A DNA stretch of 64,000 nt, taken from Camelus dromedarius. Its lineage: Eukaryota. The notes under the pieces are model-generated. The model was not told the origin of the DNA, did not search any database, and saw nothing but the letters and a program-made list of their open reading frames with translations. Where the stretch lies: NCBI RefSeq assembly GCF_036321535.1, contig NC_087436.1, forward strand, positions 67,768,001-67,832,000, written 5' to 3'. A program made the translations under genes and the position numbers. Below are positions 25,259-39,603 of this stretch, piece by piece; positions within the stretch are counted from its first letter, which is position 1; every line of letters starts with the position of its first letter.

Positions 25259-27195
25259 TCTTGTACTATTGGATAAGAGATTGATTTGGCTGGAGTTGGA
25301 CAAGCCCAGGTGGCTCCCTGATGCTTATCGTGTACACATATTGCCTCGCACCTGCTGAATATTACTTCATTCTGTTCTTTTCTGTAATAACCCTTTAATC
25401 ACAGAATTAATAGGATACTCAGAGATGGACAAATGGACAAATGGAAACTAAGCACACATTATTCCAAACTGTTATTTCTCTCAGACTGTCTTGAAGGCAT
25501 TTCACCATCTTGGGATCTAGAACTGGTACATTTGTATAGGATCACATGGTCAAGCAGAGACATGATTTTCTCTAATGTCTGATGAGGTTACAATTTCCTT
25601 ATGAAATATGCATGCCTTTGAGTGGAGAGAGTCTAAACAGTAAATATAAATGACTTTTTGTGTGGTTTACTCTTTCTTTTTATGAATCTTTAAACATGCT
25701 CTATTAATATAGATTCATTATTATGGATGTGAATATATGTTGGATCCACAGAAATAACATATGAATGCACTTCAGAATAAAGAGAAAAATATTATAGAAA
25801 ATGTAATTACTATTTAGAGTTTGTGCGATTCTCTGAAAATCCACAGAAATACAGAATTTATAGAATATACAAGAGATTCTGTGTAAGGAATAAAGATGTG
25901 TTTGGAAGCCCTTCAGGCAACTGATTGAGAAACAAAACAAAATTAGTGTGTTTCAAATTTGATTTACATAATCTGTTATCATTTATAAATTACAATATAA
26001 ATAAAATTATAAATTGAGGTATGCAATCTGTAATTAATGTATGTCATCTGTTATTAATTTTCTTTAAATATTTAATGAGTTTCCTTTATAATTATTCTGA
26101 TTCTACTTTCTACTGTTAGACATAGACAGAAAAGATAGCAATCCTCAAGATCTTAGTCCAGTGGAAAGCTGCGACTGTAGAAGCAGATGAAAATGAAAAA
26201 ATTAACAGATTAGAATTTGACCCAGTCAATGCAAGTCAGTGACTACCAGGGAATTACAGAAGTTCCTAGAATGCTGAGACATTAGTATAAACATGATTTT
26301 AACCCAGATTACTCAGTCCATCAAAAGAAAAAAAAAAGGAATTAATGATATTCAGACAAAGCTAACCACAGGACATATGAGCCCTTTAACCACATCATTG
26401 GAAGTTTAGGAAATCATGGTCTCTTAGAATACTTTCAGTTACTTCTTATGAGAGAGATTTTTGTAATTATGTTCCCACTATGTGCTACTTCTGCACATTT
26501 AACTAAAATTTTGGAAAAAAACAAACACAGTGCTTGTGTGGGTTAATACTAACTTCATTAATAAATATTTGCATGCTACTCCAGTGTTATCTCATGCTAA
26601 TTTTCCTAAACACTGAATACCAAATTATTCAGGTAAGTTAATAACCAATCAGCCAGCATGATCCTAATTAGTTTGTGAACTTACCTACAACTGAGATATA
26701 ACACTTGGGATGGAAGCACCTGCTGAACCCTGTGATGAGGAAGTATCTGTGTTTTGGCGCATCTCCAATATTTAATTAACCTGTCATCTTTTATTATGCC
26801 TCTGCAAAGCATCTAAATCTTGAACGAGTTAAACATGCTAAAAATATTTCGAAGCCAAACCTATGATTAAAGTTAGTCAAATATGGGTATCATATAATTT
26901 TTGTAATTTAGAATATTTTCCAGCTTGTGAGGATGTTTTGTCCTTGTTATGGTTAAAGTTTGGGCAAGTCCAACTGTTAGTAATTTTAAATAGATGAAGC
27001 AAAACTCACAAGGATGTTTTTCTACTTCACCTATGAGTTACATTTGTAATTATTCTTTTTAGTTGGGCCCAAACTTATAAGTAGTTTTAAGTACTTTTAA
27101 CAATGTTCTATCTAAAAGAGCCAGAACTAACATGCAAGGATATTCAGTATGATGACACAACATACCATAATTATGTAATCTGAGGTCCTGTAAAG

Positions 27196-27322
27196 TGGAT
27201 CTATTTCACTAGAATCACTATTACACATGTGTGTGTGGTTGTGTGTGTAATTACCAGCTGAAATAAATACTCCACTCTGAAGCTGTGCATGAATACAGAA
27301 CACTAAGGTAAGCTTGGAATCA
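27196..27322 (+). repeat. Dispersed direct duplication, copy 2
   Basis: tggatctatttcactagaatc...aaggtaagcttggaatca matches 25131-25258. Confidence 0.95.
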
Positions 27323-28744
27323 GGGTTCTCTACTCCAAATGACAAGATGCTTAACTCAGATATGAGACTGTTGACTAAAGATTCACAAAGCATGCCTATA
27401 GGTAAGCTTTATTAATATCTTTTAATTTGCGTATGTGTCCATGAATATGTTTTATATATTATACATAATATTTAGAGTAAAATAACATAGTATTTTCTTA
27501 TCCACTGTATTTTCTTAACCAATGGTCCTTTTTATTCATTGAAATTTCTATCAATTGTTTTATGGTAATCGTCCCTTGAAAAAACATGGATTTCCATTTG
27601 CTCTTCCAGACCTGGTGGTGACAAGGAGAGTTAACTGGTTGCAGCCTTTTCTGGCAGTCTCAACATTTCATAGGAGACTTGTGCATAACTCATGAATGTG
27701 CAAATTTTCCCCCTGCAGAATATACTGGTGTTAAGTAGAGCACTTGTAGATGACATTTGTGGCAGGTCGAAAGCTCATAATGTCTTTTAAAATGTAAGAT
27801 ACCCTACTATGATCTGATTTTTTAAAATGTATATTGTCTGCTTTTCCTTTCCTTAAAGCTAGAATAATGAGTGCTGTATAATTAAAAATTCACTTAAATC
27901 TATGGTATCATTGGAGTTGATATTATATATAAAAATAAAGAATGGATAAATCTGTAGAAATTGTATGAGAATATAAAATTTCCTAAATCCCATAAATGCC
28001 AGTGCCAACATATTGTAAATGTAAAACACAAATGCATTTCTTACATGGAAGGAGCCAGGCTTTTTCAGTGATAAGATGTAACTCAGGAGAACTGGAACTC
28101 TGAGAAGCTATGCTTCAGTATTCAGCAGTAAATTGCTAGACTACTGTTTCAGACTCTAACACTGAAATAGCTTTCCCCAGTTTTGTTTTAAGCATTTCTC
28201 ATGTGGTAAACAATTATTTCTGCTCTTTAAATATAATATTTATAATTTAATTGTAATTAATATTCAGATTATATGCAATATTTGAAGTTTTCTTATCTTA
28301 GATTTTATATTTATTATGTATCAAGTCAAATAAACACAATAAAATGAATTTTAATGTCATATTTAGTTGATCTAGATAATATTTAAGCACAAAAAATCTA
28401 TAATTTTAAAAATCTTTTTTTTGTACATGATTCAATTTAGTACTGAATGGTTATTTGCTATAATCTGAATTTTGGAATTCCTTTTAAAATGTCAACATTA
28501 AGTTCATAAAAATATGTCCACATTTGTTCTATCCCTACCTATACACTTGCATACTAGTTTGAAACTAGTTGGTTGACACTTAAAAGAAACTAGTTTATTA
28601 AACACTTAAAAGAACCATTTTCTATCTCAAAAGATTTTGATGGTTAAAAAAAAAATGGTACTGTCTGTACACAGAAAGTTACATCATGGCAATTAGTTAA
28701 ATTAAAGACAAGCAAATCTTCCTGACTCACTCTAGTAAATAGAG

Positions 28745-29151
28745 TCAACAGAATACTTTGGGGCATCCACCATACACTGATGTTTGGGACCAAGGCATTT
28801 ATGCCTACATTACCAGGAATATTGGCTATTGGCACCTCACAATTTAATGTCTTCGAGGAAACTTTCTCGGAGGGTGAAAGGGAGTTGCCTTGCCCAAGGT
28901 CATATGCCTCCCTTGGGATAGCACTCATCCAATGACCTCAATCTGAGACATTTCTGATGGGTCATCCCAACTCCAGAGATCCCTGTGGGATATACTGATG
29001 CCACTGTTGGAACTGTATTGCCGTTTTCTTCCCTTCTTACAGCCCTGCTTCCTTCCCCCACTCCTCTCAGACGTTATTCCTGAGGTATCCCCATAAACTT
29101 TTGCACAGAAATCTCTGCCTTAGTCTGTTCCCAGAGAACCCAAACCAAGAT
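28745..29151 (+). mobile_element. LTR16-like ERVL LTR
   Basis: gggagttgccttgcccaaggtca...catccaatgac...ataaacttttgcacagaaatctctgccttagtctgttcccagagaacccaaaccaaga matches recalled LTR16 motifs. Confidence 0.8.
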
Positions 29152-32100
29152 GCCTTCCGTGTTGAAAGAGGAAAATAGGAGCAGATGTGGAGGCAGGTAT
29201 CTGATCCTCAGACAGTTTTCCTTACTGGAGAAATGAGTGCGAGGAGAAATGCTGACATTTTTTCCTTAAGCAGAACAGTTAAGTCAGACTCTGCCCTAGA
29301 AACAATAGGTAGAGTCACTTCATTTCAACCCATCACAGCAGGAGTGTAAATCAGCATTCAGGAGGCAAGAAGATGCCAGTCAAGTGCAGAGATGAGGGAG
29401 TATCAAATTAAAAGCTTAGCGCCAACATTCTCTGTGCATTCTTTCCTGAACACTAGGAAATAATTGACATATTGGATTTTATCAAAGTAAAAATCATTTT
29501 TACCAGCAGAAAGTGCCTATATTACATAAAAGCAAAGAGAAATCACATCTAGTTTAACAAAATGCTCTATAGTTCTGAACACACCCAGTTTTTCTGTCAG
29601 CATTTGTTACCCTGTCACTCATTACATAGTTGCAGGTTCTCACAGCAGATGGCAAAGGGTTAAGAACAAATCATAGAACTTCAAAAACCAGGAAATATTA
29701 GCTATTATTTTCTTCTTAGGGAATTTAGAAAAACACTCCCTATATGAATTTAATAGCAGAACATCTATGTGCAGCACAAGTATCACTTGAGAGCCCCTGG
29801 CTTAGTGTACACAAGCTTCCAATGAGGAAAAGTAGTGAGAAGCATTAGATAAGCCTGGATGTTTGGTTTATGTTTTATGAAGAGAGAGCCTTCAACTTCA
29901 TGGAGTCCATCCCACTTACTGACAGGGTAGATACTGTATCTACACATACACACACCACACACAAACATATATATATTTAAAAAACATGTATTAACACTGA
30001 TGACTGACTTTTTCAGACCTCTAAATTTATGTGTATTTGTACTGTTCAGTTGTACAATCAACCCTTATAAATATGAAAAAGGGCTTTTTGCCAAATAATT
30101 AGCCATATCAAGAAATGTCCCCACCGAAAATGCTGATGAGAAACCAAACAAGAGGAAAAACAGTTCCAAACAATGATCATGTTATTCTTGCATTTGGCAG
30201 AAAGCTCTGAAAACTGTTGTTGCCATCACATATGTGCTTAGTCTTTTCTTACTGTATAAAGATTTAAATATATTAGAATGAGGATAATTCTTCTCTGAAT
30301 TCTTCTCTAGAGAAATTACATCCTTACTGATCAGGTGAATGCACTGGTAATTTATAGTTTCAATGGTGGTAATAGATCCTTTTTGGTAGGTTTAAACCTG
30401 ACTTTAAAAAATATTTTCTCTCTGTGATACTGTCATTCCTTAAATATTTCTTTTAAAACACTGTAAATTCTTTAGCAATAACTATCTTAGCTGGTCTGCT
30501 TCTAATGAATTACTTCTGCTATTGACACCATCAATATATTCAGTGGCAGTGCTATTTAATAGATGCTTTCCAGTGAGTCTATAATAGTATCTATTTCTAT
30601 TTTGTTTTATCTTAATCCATCTCATTTAGACGTTATTTTTCTCTGGCTTTTAACCCAATTTATTTTTACCTTCAGTGAGAGTGAAGAGTGAATAACTAGA
30701 CCAAAAAAGCAAAAACCTCAGAATTAAATCAGAAATATTTTGCGGATTTTGACCCAAGTGATCTATTAATTGCAACACAGTCTTATTTCAGTATATTAAG
30801 TATTATATTATAAGCTTCTCTTAAAAAGAAAAAAAATCATATTTCTTTTAGGTGAAGCAAATGAAAATACTCGAAGAATTTAAATGGAGAAAATACGTAT
30901 ATGAGTCAAAAGCTACTAAAAAAATAGCTTTCTAAAGGCAACATTTTCAGAGATGATCTGTTTAACCTGCTTATCAAAGACTCAGAATTTAGCAAAAGCC
31001 GTAAATATACATAACAAACAGCAGAGCAGAGAATATTTTTCTCTAACCACACACTCAATATTCAAGTACTTGGATTTACTTCTGGCTTTCTATCCCTTTT
31101 CCATTAGTTCTCACTTTAGAATGCACAACGACCATTTACTTGAACCAGCCACGTTACATCACCAACCTAACATGGTGGAGCTTTGGGGCCTCTTTTTATG
31201 TTGCACCAAGGTGCTCTATAGGCAGATTCACACATAGTGAAAAAATAGAACTATTTTGAAACTATTAAGAATATAAACTATATATTTTCTATTAAATCCT
31301 ATCTTAAATGTATAGGCCTATTGTTAGGAAGCGGGAGGGCTCTGGATTTCCTGACAAAGTTGGGATTGTCCTGTGAAAGTTCTACAGAAACATTTCTCAA
31401 ATCATGATGTGTAGGGGACAATACTGAGGGGCATATATAGGGTAAACTAGGGACACAAAAATTAACTAATTGTGGTGGCTGTAGAGAAGGACAAGTCCTA
31501 TGAAGGGAGGAACTATCTGAATTATCTCTCTTCCTGAAAAGATGCATTGGAAATGTATCAGGGATCACCATAATGTTAAAAAGTCATGTAGAGCATAGAT
31601 TATTCTTTGGCAGTTACTTAAAACATTATACACAATTAATTTGCCAGTGCTATTCTGTTTTATGCTCATTAAATGCCTAGACACTTGTTCTTGCATGAGA
31701 TTAGACTATCAGAGTTAGTTCAACTCCATTCCTGAAGACTGCAATACAGTGTTTATTACTTATGTAAATTTGGTTAATTACACACCAACTCAGTTATCTT
31801 ATTTATTGCATTTCAATTAGTATCCCTTTAATAGTCACTAACCCTTTAATTAACTCACAAGGATAAGAGGTGTCTTGTTAAATGTAAATTAAATAGATTT
31901 AAATAGACAATAGATTGCAAATGGTAGATTTACTGCTAATGCTATAGAAAACTGTTGCTGGAAGAACTAAACATATTCAATACCATCTGGCTGTCTCTCT
32001 AGGCAAGAAGAAAATTGTATTTTCCTTAGAACTTTTTTAGCCTAAAGATAAGACAAGGCAAAAGCAAAGGATAGCAGATATGTGTTTTGTTCTGTTTTCA

Positions 32101-33394
32101 CAAAAGCGAATTAAACGTAATTTTGCATTTTGTCTTATCGTCAGGGGAAAAATCCCAGCAATAGAGAAATATAAAATAAAATCTCTCTTCACTCTTCACT
32201 ATGGAATTCTTCCTGAAATGAAAGTTAAAAGGTTTGAAAATAATCCATGATCACTAATTTATCAGTCCAGGGGAGAAGGGAGCAAATTATTACAGCTCTT
32301 CCCTAAGTACTCCCTTGTGACCTTACAAGGAAATTAATTAGCAGGGCACCACTATGTGGCCACAACCATGACTATAGGGGAGGCTGAATGTCAATGGGTT
32401 GACACTGTAACCCAGTTTGGTTAGCATAAATGTTTCTGCTTTCACCAGTTTATTTCTCAGGAGTGAAATAAAGACTCAGCTAAGATGTAGAGAGCAACTA
32501 CTTTCATTTAATAGCAAGTTTCACTCCTTGCAAAGAGAGTCCAAGAGCATTTCTGGTTTGTTATTTTTGACTGGAGACTGGCAGTCTGTCACTATAAACA
32601 CTAGAAATAGATGGAATGGGGATTCCTACATATATTCTTTGTTATATTCTCCACACTTTGGATGTGGCAGGGTCTAGCCTGGAAGAGGAACATTTTAAAA
32701 TACATTGGGCTAAGGTTTGGGGGTACTTCTTATTTTAACAGAATAACAATGTAAAGTTATATTGCCATAAATCCCTGAAATTTTAAAACTAAGTATTATC
32801 TTTTTTCTTCCAAGGTTATAGTACTTCAGAATTCATCATAAAAATAAAGCTTTTAAAGCAACAAAGTATCATCAAAATGTTAAACTTCTAGAAAAAAAAA
32901 GATTATATACATAACTTTGGCAGTCCCTAAACTATTTAACTTATGACAGTCAACGTGGCACCCTCAGATATCCTCCTGTGTCTTCTTTCAACTTCCAAGA
33001 TACTCTGGTTTCTCTCCAGATTGCAGTGAATGCTTGCTATCCATAGTAGAAAAATCTGATTGCAGGCAATGTATTACTATGAATACCACGTGAGATTACT
33101 TAATGCATTATACCTTTTCCTTTTCATCATCATGTTTACTTCCTTTCATTTCAGTACTTCCATGCTAAAGTTTTCTATTGTGTGTTCATTCAAAGTTCTT
33201 CTTTAAAAAATGTTTTTCTATTCAAATTCCTTTGAAGAGCTCAGAGTATCTGTAGGCAATCTCCGAATATTTCCTAGGGTACATAGTCTTGGCAGTATCA
33301 TGGACAGAATATCCTTGTTGCTTTTCCTATCAATTTCTTTTCTAAAGAAGCAACCTGAGGGTCTATTCTTAGCAGAACTCCTCTCACCAGCGTA

Positions 33395-33635
33395 ACAAGT
33401 ATTCTTAGTTGACAGATCTAAGTCCAGGTCTTGGCTCCAACTTCCAGCAGCTATTACTTGAGTAAATGTCTTAACCACTCCCAACTCGTATTCCTCATTT
33501 TTCAATGGGAATAATACTTATTAACCTATGAAGCTTTATATGAGGATTGATTTTTTTATGAAGATTATTTGTAAGATGTTTAATACAATGTCTAATACTT
33601 AGTGACTGCTAAATAAGTAGAAGTTGTAGCTATTA
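33395..33635 (+). mobile_element. MIR SINE
   Basis: Core cttgagtaaatgtcttaaccactc...ttcctcatttttcaatgggaataata and 3' part tgaggatt...gtaagatgtttaatacaatgtct. Confidence 0.75.
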
Positions 33636-34199
33636 AAATATTAAAAGGTGATATCAGCTTCAGGGACAGAAACATTTTGCTTAATACAAATGAAAAAATT
33701 ACATGCTATTAGATTTGGTTAATTAAGAATCAGTGCCCAGGTGGAAAGTAAAATTATCTGAAAAGCTGTTTTTCTTTAGATCATGGAGCAGAACAAAACA
33801 AAAATCTTAAGTGCTTGTAGGAACTCTACCTATAAGCGATACAATCAAATATATTTACTAACTGTTCTTATTAGCACAGATGACTTCACCAACTATATTA
33901 AGCAGTTTAATTTCACTAACTTAAAAATTATTTTACTTCATTGATATCATAACTATATGTACACATTCCATTTTAGCAAACCAATACACAGTAGTACCCT
34001 GGCCCAATCTAGAAAGGCTTTCCCTCTGGAATCCTAAAATCTATTCCTACAGGACACACTCCAGACCTTCACCACTCTTCCCAAAGCACCTGCCAAGCCA
34101 CTGTCCCTTTTTTTAAACAGTGAAGTTTATCTCTGGATTTTCAGAGACAGTTGCATATATAAGGCATGGAATCTCTCACCCTCCCACCTCCTGAACCCA

Positions 34200-34990
34200 A
34201 ATGTTTCTTAATTTCTTCTCACCTTCACTTGCTTTTCTTCCCCACTCCCAGTTTCAAAGGAAAAGAAGTACTTTAGCTTGTTCATGTACAGTTCCACCAC
34301 TTGATCTCTGATTCCATTTCCTCCCATCTTTTCTGGGACCTTGTCCCATTTCTTATACCTAAACAAACCAACCAACCCATTATCTATCTAGGCCCTAAGT
34401 TCCCCATCAGATTCCATTAGATCTCTCATTTCCAGTAAAGGTCACAAACGAAAATGGTACCAAGGGTAATATCCACCTTGTTATCTCATTTCTTTCAAAT
34501 AAGCAGTCATGTCCTCACCTTGTCTCTGAATCGTCTGGTAAAGCTCACCAGTATCATCTTTGTTACTTACTCCAATGATCGATGCTTAAACATATTTGGC
34601 TTCTCCACCTCAGTTAAGACTGTGACTGTTTCTGTTTCTTGGAAACATCCCTTCTTATCCCCCATAACAGCATTTTTCTCTCCTTCCTATCTGAATTCTC
34701 TTTCTACTCCTAACTCAAGACCATTTGCTAGCTCTATTTTTTTTTAGCTAAACCCTTAATTTTGATGTTTCCAAGGGTGCAATTCTTAGTTTACTTTGAC
34801 TTTTCTATATCCATATCATCTCACCCATTCTCTTGATTCAGCTACAAGCCATGCTAATTTTTAAAAGGATGTCTTAGAGTTTTCCTAAAATCTTTATCAT
34901 GTACCACCACACAGAGGAACTGTACTCCAGATGTCCAACTGCAGGCATGACTTAGAAACTACAAAATTAAAATTTCCACCTTTTCCAAAA
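34200..34990 (+). mobile_element. Degenerate L2 (RT region) fragment
   Basis: Pyrimidine-rich, with L2 motifs aagctcaccagtatc, cccttaattttgatgtttccaaggg and atcatctcacccattc. Confidence 0.55.
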
Positions 34991-37800
34991 TACTCTACCA
35001 GCAAACAATAAGTCTAAAAGTAGAAAAATCAATATATCATAGGAACATCACTGAAAATGCGTCCACAGGAATTTGCAATACACTTCATTAGCATTTGACA
35101 AACCATGTTAAAGGTGACAATTTTTATTTAATAATATAGTTTGAATTCAAATGCCTCAAGCAAAACACAAAAATGGAAGTTTTAGCCTTTACTTCTGATA
35201 GGGGATCCACACAAGAAGGCCCTACACTTGAACTTCTTCAGTACAGTCATTGAGTAGATGGTTGAAATGAAATGATTTTATTATTAATAATCTCTGTGCT
35301 AAAAGTACATTTTAAAACATCTTAATGTATTAATTACACTAAAGTTAGGTCATCAAATTACAAGAAAAAAAAAAAAAACCAAGTGTTATTTTTTCCCCTA
35401 CTTAGAATGAACCACTTTCTTTAAAGAGGATTCTCTAGTGAGAGGTTGATACACAACTGGAGACAGATTTTCCCTAATAATTCATTTTTTAATCATTTTT
35501 TAACTTGTAACTTTTAGAACACAAGTAGAATAATGATTCTGGAAAGGGTCCCAGTGTGTATCATTCTATACTAAGCAGATATTTTAAAGAAAATGTTTAT
35601 GATGGATTACTTTTCTAACACTTTTTTGACCTAAATTGAATCTCTGAATTTCGACTAGCATGGCTGCTAGTAGAACAGAAGAGTGACTTCTGTAACTTCT
35701 GTAGCCATGATGTCCTCTAAAGAAGGAGAAAGTAGGTTGTAGTGCGTTGCCCAGCTCTGTGTGGGATGAAGAATAGAAGATTAATGATCAGAAAAAGTCA
35801 ACTTTTGATACTTCTTTAAGTAACCTGTTTAAGAAAAGAGGGAACAACTTTCTTCTGCATTTGTCATAACTACACAGCAACTGGTCAAGTTATCTTGGCA
35901 GGGTATCGGAAAACAAAGGAGCACAGAAAGTTACAAAAATGCAGATCTCGCTCACGTTGCTACACATGCATAAATGCTTGCTTCATGTAAGCTGCCTCAA
36001 TTCGTAAAGTGATGAACACTAAACACTTGCTAAATAGCTCTTTACCAGCTTTGGAAAGTTGACTGATCAAATGAGAATGAAATGGTGGATTTCATAAGAA
36101 GTTTAATCAGCCATCTTTCCCTTCCATCCTTCCTCTACTGGAAATTCAGCTTTTGGTTTGTTTGTGGGTTTTGTTTGTTTGTTTATTTTTGAGGGTAACT
36201 CTTGCTTTCTTAATTTAGCAATTCTGAGAATAGAAATAAGACAGAAATCTGGCTGAATACTTGTCATCTTATTGATCATCACCTGTTGATTCAGCTGCTT
36301 TGGTGAATGCAGAGGAGGGTTCTTTTTCCTTCTAAATGCATCTCTTCTAAAGCTGGGGACTCCACATGTTTATGTGGATAAACTTTTTAATGGAGTAAAA
36401 AAGAGTATGCTGGACATGCACATGTATATAATGGAGATGATTAGTGTGGTAAAGGAGACATCTTGTAAAAATGATTTCATTAAAACTTATTTTATAGACC
36501 TAATTTTTGATATATCCATCCCTAGTAATTAGGGAAATAAAATCCATTGGACAGATCATTTCAGTAAATTCAAAATATCTGGTATTTTCTTAGTTTGCAT
36601 TTGATTCCATCAAGAGGACCTGATAGGGGCCTCAATTTTCCTAACTACAAAATAAATAACTACCAAAGCTTTACAGGTAAGGCTTAGAAAAAAATTATTG
36701 ATACATTTTATCGTGGTTGCCCTTTTCTGCCCATAATATTTATCAACATTTATTTAGCTAGTATACATGACTCATCTTTCTGTTAGTCTCCATGGAGATG
36801 ACAAGGAACAAAGGTCATGGATCCACAAAGCATCTCCTCAGGTAACTGCTCAATTTTCAAAGCTCTCAAGCTGTTACTAGTGAACAGTTAGGCTACGTCC
36901 CCTTTGGCTAGCTACCATAGATGTTAGCTAACTCATCCATTTCAAAATGACCTTAGAGAAGCTTTAGAAATTAGAGGCTATCTAAACTTCTGTAGTCTCA
37001 CAGGTTCATATGTGAGGGAAAAAGAACAAGGGAATTTCTTTAGCATGCTGTTCAGACATAAATAAAACTCATAGTCTTAACGATGAGGCTTATTAACTGT
37101 GTATTCCAGCAAAGAGTCAGCTGTGTTCTCCTAATACAGGGTCGCATAAGTCACACATGGATTTCTTTTAGTGGGAGACGTGTGAAGAAGTTCATTTTAA
37201 CAAAGAAAGCGATCCTAAAAAATTCCTTTCCTCACCTCCGCAGGGGCTTATTGTGACACATTCACATGGTTCCCGTAACTTTTCTATACCAACATACAGG
37301 CCATGATCCCTAATACACCATCATGAATGTGAATGCTCTAGAATTTAAATGGGACTTTGTTTATGAAGAATTAACTATGAAAGCTTTCTGTTCAGCCTAG
37401 CATATGCCTGGACTTACTTTACCCTAACTTGTAATTAAGAAATATTCACTATTACTTCTCAGGATTGGTAAGGTCTTTCATTGGTAGTTAAATCAATTAA
37501 TGATATACTGACAGTGACTTAATGAAGGAGTTCAATAGAAAAATAATACATAGACTCACCTCTTTCTTGAAAATAAACTTGTGTTAGAAAAAAAAATTTT
37601 ATGAGGACACTGGAACATTTTTTTCACACTATGAGATTCACAACAAAATGACTAGGCCTTAGCTATGAGCCAAAATAATGATTTTTTGTATGTGGATACC
37701 ATCATTTGTCCTTAAAAATTTAGCTGGCTTAAGGAAACAGTCCTTTTTAATCGAGAAATGTAAAGCCATAGTCTTTAACGTCACATAAATCGACTTACAC

Positions 37801-38068
37801 TTTTCCCCTTACTGACATATAGTTGATTTACAAGGTTTCAGGTGTATAGCAAAGTGATTGTGACTCAGTTAAACATATATATGTACACATATACATATAT
37901 ATATTTCCCATTTTAGGTTATTACAAGATATTGAATATAGTTCCCGATGTTATACAGTGGGTCCTTGTTGTTTATCTATTTTATATATAGTAATGTGTAT
38001 CTGTTAATGACAAACTCCTAATTTATCCGTCCCTCCTTCCCTCTTTGGTAAACATAAGTTTGTTTTCT
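37801..38068 (-). mobile_element. L1 3'UTR fragment (artiodactyl type)
   Basis: tagttgatttacaa...ttcaggtgtatagcaaagtgatt...ttacaagatattgaatatagttccc; homologous to 2865-3070. Confidence 0.9.
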
Positions 38069-39329
38069 TAACACTTGACAAACCAAACTTCTTTGACTAT
38101 TGCCCATCAAACTTACATTAACATTATGAAATATACTGTAAGTTCAGTGTCTGAATAAAATGTATTTTTAACATTTGGATAAAATCTTTTCCAATAAATT
38201 GCGATACACTTTGATGCAATTGCAATACACTTAGTGTGGCTAATTGGACCAGTAAATGAGATATTGTTAAAGAGCTAATTATTCATTTGTGTTCCTCCTC
38301 CTAATTTTTTTAACTAGAGGCTTATCTACAATCTTGTGGCATTTTTCTTTAAAATTAGCAATATAAACCGTTTATCTTTAAATAAACTTAATAAATTAAA
38401 ACAAAGAAGTTATAAAAAACTGAAAATGAAGATCAGAATTATATTTATCTCAGAAAGGAAACTGTAATATTTCTATTATTTATTCCTAAAATTTCTATTA
38501 AATGTTTCAGGATGCAGGCCCTGTGATACCACTTTCCTTTGCTTTTTGACAATTTAAAAATTCCATTCTAATTTTATTCTAAATTCTCTCCAATTTTAAG
38601 GTAAAAGAAAAACCAGTGGTTTTTTTTTCCCTCCACAGTTGATAAATTATTAGACAGAAGTTATACTGGTGAATCTGCACGACACAAAAAAGCTACCAAT
38701 TAGCATTAGCTTTCCCATGACAGCAAAGTCTGTCAGGAGTCCATTCACCTTCAATGTCCATAATCCTGGCAAGAGAAAATCACCTACTTTCAAATTAAAT
38801 TTAACCTTTCAGAGCATAAATTATTTATGCAACAATTTCCTTTTGGAATGTTCAAGTACAGTATTACTCACATGCCTTGACTTTCATGACAATGAATAAT
38901 TACAAAATGGGGGCTACAGGAATAAAATCCTCTTGGTTGAATCGGTTTTAGGCAGTTTCTACTTTAGTTCTTTCAACTACGTGGTACAAGTCACATTTTT
39001 TCAGCATTCAAAATTTTGAATCAAATAGTTTTTCCATGAAAATTATAATAATGTAGAATGATAATGATATCTGAAATGTTCATTTGTATGTAATAGATTT
39101 TTTACACACAGGGTAATCAAATTAAAACTTCGTAAGTATAAAGCTCAAATGTGAAGAAAAGTAGAATAGCTTTTATGAAGTCAACCATTACTGTTGTTTT
39201 TAGCATCTTTGTAGTTTACTCAGTTTACTGAGCCTATTTTTCTTATGGTCCCAGAGTGAAAGCACTTCAGTGAAAATGAATGAGACACGGTAATTTGGCA
39301 TCTAAATTACAAAGTCTTGGATCTCAGCT

Positions 39330-39603
39330 AATCTCTATTCCGGATCCTTATCCCAGGAGATTCTGAATTGATTAGTTTGGAGGGGGAAGCAGGCATTAGT
39401 AGGCCAAATCTCCCAGGTGATTCTCACACACAATCAGTTTTGCACATCCTTTTAAGACAGGGTTCTCAACCTGGCTGCACTTTGGAAAGATCTGGGAAAC
39501 TTTAAAAAATAAGGATGTTTGGGTCCTACAGATATTCTGATTTAATTGTTCTGAGCTGTGGCCTAAGCATCATGGTATTAAAGATCTCCTAGATGATGCT
39601 GTG
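39330..39603. mobile_element. Two adjacent MER5-family hAT-Charlie elements
   Basis: The motif gattctgaattgattagtttgg...ctcccaggtgattct is followed by a second copy starting cagggttctcaacctggctgcac at 39458. Confidence 0.7.

Noticed and set aside
32270..32400. Possible old MLT1 fragment
   Set aside because: Only one short motif (tatgtggccaca...gggaggctg) is recognisable.
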